Assembly: GCA_002633005.1 (NCBI GenBank)
Contig: NMRA01000123.1
Span: 278,364 to 342,363, forward strand
Direction of reading: 5' to 3'
Source of the DNA: Phoronis australis
Lineage: Eukaryota; Animalia; Phoronida
DNA length: 64,000 bases
A program made the position numbers and the translations under genes. The notes under the pieces are model-generated. The model searched no databases. It saw nothing but the letters and a program-made list of their open reading frames with translations, and was not told where the DNA came from. Below, in pieces: positions 27,281 to 38,744 of the stretch (position 1 is the stretch's first letter; the number at the start of each line of letters is the position of its first letter).

Positions 27281-27433
27281 GGCGTGCGTTCAGTAGACGT
27301 TAGGACCTACGCTAGGACCTAGCTAAAACCTAGTCAAAGCCACGTGTTCGAATTTAAAATGCACGGCAATATCTCACGTAATCTCGCGAAGTCTTGCTTT
27401 TTAGCGAGGTCCTAGCGTTACTGAACGGGAGGC
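27281..27433 (+). mobile_element. ~150-bp MITE, family copy 1 (CGTTCAGTA...TACTGAACG)
   Basis: Inverted ends; full-length reverse-complement copy at 45455-45607; end fragment near 32593-32610. Confidence 0.85.
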
Positions 27434-30400
27434 AGATCGTCGTACGAATTGAGGTTAGAATGGTCTGTCATACAACCATTTGAATTTCTCGATGATAACA
27501 AGCAAATTTCATAAATGTTATCAAACGATAAAGCTAAGTTCCCCAATGAAGTTAAAATACATAAAGCATTTAGATGTAAAATTTCTAAAAGGAAAAAAGC
27601 CGGAGCGACACAAAATGTTGTCTTGAACGCCGCAAAGAACTATGCGCTGAATTGCATACAATGACACGTAGGCCAGCAGTGGTATCCTACTAGGCAATGC
27701 CAGTGTTCTGCACAATAGAAAACTCAAACTTAACGGTAATTATTGAAATTCATGGTCGGACGTCCGTTCATCGTGAGGGGGTTTGGTGAACAATACCTTA
27801 TGCGAAACCCATTGGGCTGGTGCCAAAGGTCCGAAATATATGCTTGGTGAATGAATAATCGCCAAACTTATAGCATAAGGAAAACTAATCAGGGAGAATT
27901 TGAAGCTTGTCACTGTGAATACACAAAGGGTCTAAACAACACTCATGTGCGATTACGCACACGCTCATCACGAAGAGACGCGGGACATTCGTAGACACAA
28001 CAGTTTCAACTGCATTTGCGATCATTAAGATGTTCAATAAGGTCAGTTTTATGTAATCTTTTGTCGCGGTATGAACAGTACAGTCTGAAAGGAGATAGGA
28101 CAATCCTTCATTACCTGACAACAAGACATAAAAATAAATAGCCACTAAAGAGAACACGATTTCAAATGTTTTTGACGAATAACGAGGCTAAATAACGAAA
28201 GCGTTTCCAGATTTTAGTAATGCGCTATGTTCAATGACTTATTTTGAGAAAAGAAAATTGTGTCAATCCAAGAAATTTCAAAGCGAATACGCAGACGTAC
28301 AAATACGTACGTATTCTGAACAACATCATAAACGTCAAGCGGTCTGTTCTGTCCATATAACATGGCGACTCTTACGAATTTTGAGAAAGAAAAAGAAAAG
28401 AACCAAATAATTTCTCAGTATCCTGGAAAAAGTGCTATGTGGCAGAAAATTAATCAGTTGAGTTCACTGAAATCTCGCGGTTGATGTATTTTCTATGCCA
28501 AGTGCTCTGGCTTAGACTGGCAAATGCCAACGAAAACACCGCTTTGGTTTTCCTGCTACATCACAAGGCGCATTAGTGATCGAAAATCTCAACCACAACA
28601 TCCAGCCATAATAAATCCCAAGGTAAACCATTCGGCTATCAGGCAAGGCAATTACACGCGTCACACAAAACCTTTTACAGTACGCTGTACAAACAATCCG
28701 TCACTAGGCCAGTGGGATCAACACTGTAAATCTTGAATATAACTCTTCCACTTCCGATTAATTGACCAGAACACAAATCATCCCTTTCACCTTTCCAGTT
28801 ACTGTTAATTTAACATACCTGCCTAATTAACAATCTCGCTGTAGCATCTGTGAGAAGTCTTATTAGGGCTTAACCACGATGTCAATGGTGAGCTAACCAA
28901 ACCAAACTTTGTTTAGTTGTAGGTCACGTGGTCACAACGTCGTCACGGGGAACAGCAGCCTCGTTTTCGTCCTCTTTGTTGATGCACCTTCGCCGGGTGG
29001 GTCTTTGCGACCGAGAGTGATTGCTCAGTCATTGTCATCGCTGTCAAGATTTAACACAAACGGTTGCATGGAGTGTCTCACCTACATGTACAAAGGTCAG
29101 ACATTTGTTGTGTCAAAGACATAAAGATCGGGTAAAACTAGACCGGCGGCCTATGATTTTGAGAGGTAAAACTCCGGAGGGTAACCCCATTTACTAAAAC
29201 TAAGACGTAACACTGAGGCAGTTTTTCAAGGCCAGTTTCCCACAAGAATGTTGCTTTTTCCGTCAGAATTCTATGCGAAACGCTGCATTTTCCGACAAAA
29301 TTCCCCTGCAAGTGCGCCAATTCCGATTTAATCCCATACAAAACGTGCCGGGTCACCGTCGAAGTTTTCAAGTACAATAGTCTACAGAAATTTTATTATC
29401 GAGACAGTGTACTTTAACCGTTTCGTTCCGAAAGATGTAGTCGTTCTTGACAACATGGCGTCTCATTTAGGCTTATTCAAGAGATTAAAAAAATTATAAT
29501 CTCATCTACAGAAGTTTAGAGTTTCCGACTAGAACAAATTTCTACGCAAAAGGGTGAATTTTCCATGGAACATCCTTACACAAATGGACTCGTTTTCGAG
29601 TCTCCTTAATTTTGTAGCATCACTCTCCCGCAAAAATATAGTCGACTACTCCTCCCCCGAGTAAGGAAAGGCACTGCTGTGCCGGTATTAACTCCAGAAA
29701 ACAGGTTGCAAACATACTTACATTTAATTTTCTTAAAAGGAGATTGAACCCTAGCTGTTAATAGCTGCGTTAAGGAGACCGATTATCGGCTCTACGACCG
29801 AAAAGCGCAATTTAATGGGGATTATTGGTGTATGGCATAGACTTCCATAAGTTATAGCTTTGACCATAGCTATGAAACAGAAATTCCTTTGTGTTTTGTG
29901 ATTTTATTCCATGCCGCCAATTTTCGCCATTGTCTGCCTGGCCTTTGCTGAAATCAAAGACGGCGACTTTACCACTAAAATACATGTACACCTAGAGCTA
30001 CGTTTCGCTAAGCTCGCCTGGCTTGCCAAAAAGGAAAAAAGCAACAAGCCTTTCAATTTATTATCATAAAATCGTTGAAAACAAGAACATTGAAATTATT
30101 AGACGCTCTAGAAAACGTGTCACAGTTTCTTGGGGTTGATCAAAACTGCTAATTAGAAATAGCATCCTATCACGGTAAGGAACAATGCGAGATTGATTTT
30201 ATGAGAGTATAAAACCTAGTGTGGGGTTTAGCCCTGCCAGCAGAGTGTTAGACTGTGAACCCAGAGGTTGCAGGTTTCATTTCGCGTTATCGCCGATCTC
30301 AGAAAATCGCTTTCTCGCCTATCATGTCATTTTAAGTTGAGCTGCGGCCCCGAGGACTGTAGGATGCATTACGCACTGAAGCTGGTTGCTCAAAAATCAC

Positions 30401-33400
30401 TTCTCTCGCCAATAACTCCCCGTACAATAATTAATCCACGGCTGTGGAGAAAAGCCATGCATACCATCTTCCAAATAAAATCAAAAATTAATTTATCTAG
30501 AAACGATTATTGTTCGGGACGGCAAAGACATTTCGAAGTCATTAGCTTTGACCAGAGCTATAAAACAACCCTATGTGTCTTTGTGTTTTTATTACAAATG
30601 GCCTATACTCGCCATAGTCTGCTAGACAGTTAGTGAAACCAAAGCTTGTGTGACATCACCAAGCAGAGAAATAGTCGCTTAAAATACAATGCCATCGAAT
30701 AGGATTCAACTCAGATTTGTAAACACCATTTTCACTGATTATATCACTTTAATGCAACTATCATTAACTGCACAATGTCAAGTTACAATCTTGTGTAATA
30801 TCACCCCAAAACAGGATTTACTGACATTCCATAACGGGATCACCTCATCTAATCCAAAAGTAGATTAGCTGGACTACTATATTCGATAGACCTATGCCAC
30901 GCACCACACGAATATTTACGACTTACAAAAATTACAGATTTTGAATAAACATTTTCAAAAGATGTTTACTCGTCTAGGGTGTTTATAAAATTTCAGATAA
31001 GAAATAGACGATACTCTGCGCATCCAGATATTCCCACTTGCTGATTTCTTCAGACTCGTATAGCAATTTTCAAAGTTATTAACAGATCTTTCTGGATGAT
31101 CACCAGGAGTTTGTTTCATGACAGTGACTTAAGAAATATGGTCTTGTGCTCCAATTTGTCAATTGATGAAAAAATTTAGCCGCGTAATTAGTGTCTTGAA
31201 ATAATTTACAGAAGTTGTCTCAGTAACTAACAGTTCTGGGTATATTCTCAGAGACTTAGTCTTCAGTGAGATTTCATTAGTTTTCAGAAGTCGTTATTGG
31301 AGTGTGAGACCAAATTTCGGTCGTAAGTCTTACACCACTTGTCTTACATGAACCAGTTGCACGAGGAGAGTCCCCATGGACTTAAAAATTGAGTTACATT
31401 ATTAGATCAATCCTTACGTACGATAGTCAGTTATTTAGCGTACGTTTCAGTTGCCTCTCGGTGAGCATCCGCTTGAAAAAAATTGGGGTGGAGTTCAGTA
31501 AAAAAAATAATTGCTGGCGGTCTGATACACGTTGTACCAGACGTGCGCAGGCCTCGCATGTGGGCCCATTGCACTGATCACCTGGAAATATTTTTATGCT
31601 TTATTAATATATGGTTAAAACCGAGCTAAGGAGCTAGAAACCTGGTTCAAAGGTTTAGCAGTGTGACCTGGTGGGACTTGAAGTAGAGTTCAGTAAGGGA
31701 GCGTTCACATATTACATCATCCAGAATTTGCCACTTTTAACCCTCTCCCCCTCTGTCATTATGATATAAACCCCCTCGTCCAGCCTTTAGTGTCATAACA
31801 GCCGGCCTCTGTTTTAGGAAGAACCGACATTTAGTTGAGATTCCGTCGTTATGATTCTAATGACAAACTAATGTCGCTTTATAAGTTACATTTGCTGAGT
31901 TAAAAGTTACGAAATGTATATTATATTTTAGTGATATTTTTCGATTAACGAAACTCATCCTGTGTTCTAAATTGGCGAATGTATATTTGAAGCTGAGTGG
32001 TTTGGAGGAATGACGAAATTCATTTTAGAACGACCCCCGGAATCGTCTTCATTGGGCGTTTTCAGTGCAGGTTATTATGGCTACGCAAGCCACGTAAAGT
32101 AACTAACTTTGCATTTCAACATTTTTTCTTTCAGCCTCTGACTCAGTGAATAGTTCCCTGACTTTCCTGCCAACGAGGTCGGGGGATCATGTTAACGTAA
32201 CCATATGCTGCTATCTTTGTTCGACGAATACTGGACGTGAACGAAAGCCTTAAAGTCCTTCTCTCACGCGTTGTTAACCCTTATTACATGGTTAGAAGAT
32301 GTTATAAGGATCCAAGAAGTACCTACCCCATAACTAATACACGATCCGTACTCGAAAACAGTTTAAATGAACGCGCCACTCACGATTCGCACCCGAAGAA
32401 ACACCGCCATTTTGAACTTGCCGCGAACCCGGAAGTACAATTCTTTCAGGAACCCAGGCCGAGAAAACGCCGTCAGTGCGACTGGAGCAGTGCCTGTACT
32501 GTTACCAGCCAGCAAACGGGGATAAAAAAAATCGACAGCGCGCCTTAATTTTGATAAAATCAAACTACGGACAATTTTATGGAATTTGCTGNGTCTACTG
32601 AACGCACGCCAGCTTTGCGCCAAGACTACCCTTAGGCCTAACTGGTCGCTGGCCACAAACACAAAAAAACACGAAAATTGAACAAAGTTTCTTTATTTGT
32701 AGCAACGTTTGTCAAAATGTATCAACGTTAAATCTTCACAAATTACGAAGTAGCCGATTGAACATGCCTTTCAGTTCAGCAAAAGTCGACATTGTAGGTG
32801 CCGCCAGAAATGAGACGAAGTCCAACGGGAATTGTGAGCACATTTATCTCTTAATGAGTAGCAACTGCGAGGCTGAAATTTGGTGAACACTGTTGAATCG
32901 TGCAGAATAGTAAGTAAAGATATGTCTAACTAAATTTCACCGTAATTTGTTGGCGAAAACAATTTACACAAAGTTTTAAACTCGTAACTCATCCCGCTGT
33001 CCTCCAATATGGCTGACGCGATCCAAACAAAGTGACCCAAATTTCGCCACAAAACTTGCAATAACTTTACACTGCTTGCCCCGATTTTGATACTTTTTCG
33101 ATTTTTACTTATTAGAATGTACTACCTTTCCGATGATAGTAAAGTACTTTTTCAAAACGAGGAAAAAAATAAAACCGAAAAAAAATTGGTTCGACCCATA
33201 TTGGTTCCTAGGTTCGACCCGCCTACGTAAGGAACTAAACACCAATGCTATTTTAACATACTAAGTACGCGTAACATTTCAAAAAAGCAACGACCACTAA
33301 CTACAAACTATAAATACACTACATATGCAAACGAATCGCGATATATTACTAATAAAACAAAATAATGAAGACTTTTCGAGCAAGCCATAGCACATTCAGT

Positions 33401-33660
33401 TACAAGGAAAAAATGGCGGCGTTCAGGAAAAGTTCCTGAACTGATGAGCCGGGAAATGTGGGTACGGAAATAACCGATGACAACCGGTAATCATACGCTC
33501 AGAGAGAAGAGTCAAATACTGTTAAAAAATCGCTTTTGGGAAGAAAGGCGAACAGAATATAAAGAAAGGGTGTCGAAAATAAGAATTTATGTAGTAAGTA
33601 TTTTCGGATACTAGAACCACATGGGCAGTTTGCAACAAGGACTTTAAAATGGTTTTTACA

Positions 33661-33679
33661 GTGCACGTGGTGCACGTGC
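33661..33679. promoter_or_regulatory. Tandem canonical E-boxes (GTGCACGTG x2) about 4.1 kb upstream of the predicted cwo start
   Basis: CACGTG at 33664-33669 and 33673-33678; another at 37702-37707. Confidence 0.4.
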
Positions 33680-36006
33680 TTGCACTACACATACAGAGAC
33701 CTAAAGAATAAACTTTTAAATGCAATCAAACTGCGCGGAAGCGGCTTTTCCCACTATAACTTGTGCCATGAATTAGCATAAGAGTGCTATGCAAGCAGCT
33801 ACTGCACCTAGTCGCGTCATAGCGGGTTCCTGCAGCAGCGCGCTGTCACGTTCTCACTCTGGTCAATGAGCCATACATACCTTGCTCTGACTGACTTCCT
33901 TATTTGGAATGTCACTTGATCAATCGGCTAGCCTGATAGGTGCCGCTCTTTCAATCCTGGGTCGAGTTCAATAAATATCTCACGGTTAGAAATCTAGCCG
34001 AAATCACGCGCACGACGACATCTCGCGGAATCTCGCGAGATCTTGCTCGTGTAGCAAAACGCTGGTGTTGTTGAACTTGACCTTGGGCATTTACTATGAA
34101 CCAACACTAAGCTTAGTATACGCAGACTAGACGGTGAGATTATCAACTTGAATGTGTTGTCGTGACCCAGCGGACGTCAACCGACAGTTATTGTGATAAG
34201 GGAAACAATCGATGCCCTTGTTGGGAGAACCAGCTATTTCTAAGACCAATCATGGACCAGAACTGATAAATATTGGAGCTGTCTAGTCACTGCAACATGT
34301 ACCGTACAAGTCTTATACGGTGTTTTCTCTAACAGTTCGCACACCAATGTACGGAATATTTTTCTCTAATGAGAGCTTCGAGATCCAATTAATAGAGACA
34401 AAACTGGCTGTACGAAGTATTAGAGATAAAATTCAGGTGTTCGAATTATTAGAGGTAAAGATCGATGGGATGCAAGGGCGACGACCTCCGAGACGGTGGT
34501 TTGGCAATATGAATTGAATTACAACAAGTGAAAATTTATTTTCCTGTGTGATGGTTTAGTTCGGCAAAATAATTTACTTGAACGTTTTGTCACTTTAATT
34601 TATATTCCCATGTTCACAAATTTCAAGAACCATGCAGTACTTGGCTTTCAGCGAAGCTATCTGCCACACTGAGTTTCCAGATGCTGTGCACTAGATATAA
34701 CGTCTATTCGAAAAAAAAAACAGGCCAGAGAAATGTGACAGCCCCCCCCCACAATTCAATTTAGGTGAGAAACTCTCAGATTTTGAAGAATTCCCACACT
34801 TCACGCAAAGGTGTCAAATTTTCCCCATTTTGATGAAATTCGCCCGACATCCTAGTTTTCTCGAAATGAAATTGCCGACTTGTGTGGCGACCGAAGGGAC
34901 GGTATGCCTCACCGGCCGGGTTAATTCCCTGCATCTTGATATCGGAATTCAGAGGTTGGCAATATGCTATTGCGTGTTTGCGTATCATCTTGAAGTAACA
35001 AAAATACAAGTCAATTTTTTCCTCATTGTCAGTCAAACTGGCGTTAGCGAATTTCACCAATGTCGGTGGCGGCTCTAAGGAAATATCAATTTAATGTATG
35101 CACAAACATGAAGTTACTCAGGGTCGATCAGAACTTACTGAAAAGAAATAGTGAGTGCCCTGGCGTTTAATTGAAATTTCTCAAAACTTATAGGAGATGC
35201 TTAATAGAGCAAAAGCGGTAGATGAGTTTTTGTGGTAATAAGAAAGTGGATGACTGCGATAGTAAGAAATGTTACTATAATGCGCTTTCTTGCGGCAAAC
35301 TCCCCCTGGCGAGACTGTGTAGATATCGTCCCCAACTACCTTTTTAGCCAACCGGAATAATATAAATGCACCCGATGCTTATTCGAAACGACCAGACACC
35401 CGCATAAATAATAAAAATGAAGCTTTGATGTGTATGCAGGCTGTGAGTTACCTGTACGCATGGCTTCAAATGCTTGACCTCGTGTATATATGCCACTGTG
35501 TGTTGCGGCTTACAAAGGACTTCCTCCAAATTTGGTTGAGCTTGCGGGGCTTCATCGACGTACTGAACAAAGTGGCCTATCATTTGTTGGAACTGCCCAT
35601 TAGATTGTTTACTCCAGGAAACATTAAAAAAGCAAATCCCAGTGCCGCGATTTGCCTACCTCATTGCAATAGTGTAAAAACCACCATGTTGTCTATAACA
35701 CTTTTAAAAGACTCAATGGCGATTAAAGCACAAATCGTTCATTCAGTCCATACAGATCCACATTGTCCACGAAAACTAGAGACCGCCGCTGAACGGGGGA
35801 ACGCAACCAGTTTTGATGTTGTCGTGGTTAGTAAAGACGCAAACCTTTGCATAATTGATTATTAGGACAACACGCAATTTTTAGGTGTTAATTACCCGGT
35901 TCTTTGGCGTGGATTCACCCAATGAACCACGGAATTAGTGTGATGTGCACGGTCAAGGCCGCACCCGCTTCTTGATTTTTTATTAATTTCTATTCATGTC
36001 TTATAC

Positions 36007-36826
36007 CATAGGCGGATTTAGGGGAGGGGGGGCCTCCTGCCCCCCCCCCCCCCTTGGCTGCCGCAAAAAAAATAAAACAGCATGAGCGTAGGGAAATGTT
36101 GAGNGAATCCGTTTCCGTCGTCTGCTCGACTGTGCAATGAAGAAAATTTACTTCATTTTTTAAAGAAAATGGAACCTGAGTGACGATGAAAAACAGAAGC
36201 TGTTGGTAAGATGTGAATTTTAATCGAAGCCTTAGTGAATCACTCAGAAACTCATAATTCTCTCTTTGTCAAACCTTAACTTAAGACGATTTCTAAAGCA
36301 GTCCCGTCATTATTGCCAACACGAAAAACGGATTTGGTCTTTTGGGCATTTGAGGACTATTTTAAATACAATAAATTTGTTGAGAACCAATTGCACAAAA
36401 TATAAAACGTGTAATAAGCATAAAAAGAAATAGGTTTCGCGCGCAAACGGTGTGGACTATAAACAAGTAGGTCTCTCAGTATAAGATTAGTAGTTAAATC
36501 GTGGTAGTGTAGTGGTAAAGCACGCGTGTTCTGTCCTCCAGGTCGTCAGTTCAAGTCTTTGGTACTTGCAGTTTTTCCTGTTTGACACGTTCTCCGTGAT
36601 TTTTGTCTTTTTTTTCTTGGATAATACTTCAGGAATCAAGGAAAATGCTTGATTTTTAGAGGAAAAAACAGAAAAATTTCCTGGGCGGGAGGGGGCAACT
36701 AAACCCCGCTCCCGACCTCCCCCCATTCGGTGCTATTCGCATCTACAATCGTGGTTGGCGCAAGTGCTTACAGCCCGTTGCGGACAAAATGTTGAGCCCC
36801 CTTGTGATATCCAAGATCCGCCACTG
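36007..36826. mobile_element. Non-autonomous element with CA(T/G)(A/T)GGCGGAT termini, containing a tRNA-like SINE head at ~36500-36570
   Basis: Left end CATAGGCGGATTT, right end AAGATCCGCCACTG, G/C tracts inside. Related ends at 42509-42726 and ~47735. No clean 8-bp TSD. Confidence 0.6.
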
Positions 36827-37807
36827 CATACTAGCGGAATTTTGCTTGTTCTATGTGGGGGCCGCCGGGTAAAGTTCTATAAATGTCTTGCGGCGATACA
36901 GATGTAGCCAAAATTCACATGTGCATTTAAATTATACGGCAATATCTCGTGAGATCTTGCTCAGTTTCTAGCGATACGCGAGCGTTTTACTGGTCAGTAA
37001 TTAGTCACTTTCTATTGTTCCATGGATGAGTAATCAACGAGGAAGAATGTCCCATAAAGAAATGCAAGGATCTGTGATGGTAACATCGAAAACGGTTGCT
37101 TACCCATGAAAAAAAAACGATTAGTATTGACACGCGTCCGGTCTAAGTCAACACAGACAGACACCGTCGTTCTTAGCGTTGTAAACTCTGTACACCAAAA
37201 CAGCCAGCGGTCGGCTATTTTGTGTTCCACCGACGGGAGAACTTAAAAGCAAAGTACATTACCACACTAGTTTCGGTTAGCGAGATTCTTGCGTCAACGA
37301 AACTGGGTATCACCCTCTCCGGCAGCGGCGAGGAAACCCGGCAGCCAGCTTTGCAAGTACCAAGATTTATCAAAAGGTGGCGAAGTAACACTGACCTGAA
37401 CGTACCATGATGCATACGTGACTAAAAGTAACCTTGAAGTTAACGCCAATGTCACGCGACCACACTCGTCTATTATTATTATATGGCATGACCTATTCAC
37501 CCCACTACTTATCATAACAATTGCGAGAGAGAACATTTAGTACAAAATGAACCTTTAACTTAATTTCGCCAGACAAACATCTCTGTGAGTAAACACAGCT
37601 TGACTTAAGAAACGTAAAAGTAACGTCAGTATTTCCTTGAGTACAGTGTGTATTGATGTTGTTACATGATCGAGCTGATCTCGTGAGCAACGCATTTCGC
37701 ACACGTGAAGCTCGTCAGGTAGTCCCTTTGTAAACGCAAACGTGTATCATTGTGCTATCGCCCGCCTAACGGAGCAGCTGGGTTTCACATGAGATCTTGG
37801 TCTAGTC

Positions 37808-37899
37808 ATGGAAGACAGATATTTTCAACCATCACAAGAACTGAGGGCTTACGGTTACTATTACGGACAGGGGCATGAAGACAGTTTGGGTAGCGACAG
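37808..37899 (+). CDS. cwo: Probable first coding exon of cwo ([10 protein letters not shown]...SLGSD)
   Basis: ATG in gtcATGg context; AG|GTACAT donor in phase 2 matches the phase of the 50798 exon. Confidence 0.6.
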
Positions 37900-38704
37900 G
37901 TACATATACAAATGTTGTTTATGGGCGTGCCCATTATTTTCAGTGCATTTGTACTGGCTAATATCAAGGAGTGTAAAAAACACTGAATAGGAAACTCCTT
38001 GCTAATATCCAGTGATTTCAGTGAAAGGGAATCTTTACGATGAAAAATCTCATTTTAATTTCTATGTCGTGTTATATCTTATGTGAGCGATTACAGAATT
38101 GAAGTAGTGACAGAAATGTTTTTTACGTTCAGCCGGGTTTATGGTTTGATTGATAATTGGGGGATGTTCAGTGTCAAACCAAAAAAAAAAACTGAATTAG
38201 GAAAGACACAATTTGGCGAGTCTTCTTGATAAACGAGACAATATTTCGGCGTATAAGTTAATGCGGATGTTGTTTCTCAGAGGTAGTGTGGTTAAATATT
38301 GCCCGGCAAACTTCCTGTACAGACATAGTATTACGTAAGCGGTTTTATCGTTATTTTGTGAATCAGGTAGGCCGATCCCCTCCTTACATTATCAGAAAAG
38401 AACGTCGACAATAGTCATTCCAAAATTGTACATTGTGCAACACTCTTATATCCACCATTGTATTCATCTTTATAGTATCACTGTCTCCACTGCCGTTATC
38501 AATATCATTATTCTCATCCTCATGCATAGTATTATTAGTATTACCATTACTACTACTCTAAGTATTATTGTCATCCTCATCCTCATCATCATCATCATCA
38601 TCACCATCATCACCATCATCTTCATCATCACCATCATCACCATCATCACCATCATCACCATCATCACCATCATCACCAGCATCATCACCACCACCACCAC
38701 CACC

Positions 38705-38744
<40 letters not shown>

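Noticed and set aside
33441-33460. Hammerhead-like CTGATGA...GAAA
   Set aside because: The intervening GCCGG cannot form stem II, and no stems I/III are evident.
35344-35865. 79-aa and 146-aa ORFs upstream of cwo
   Set aside because: No recognisable motif or partner exons.
36500-36570. tRNA gene
   Set aside because: Has A/B-box-like motifs but no acceptor-stem pairing, and lies inside a repeat; treated as a SINE head.
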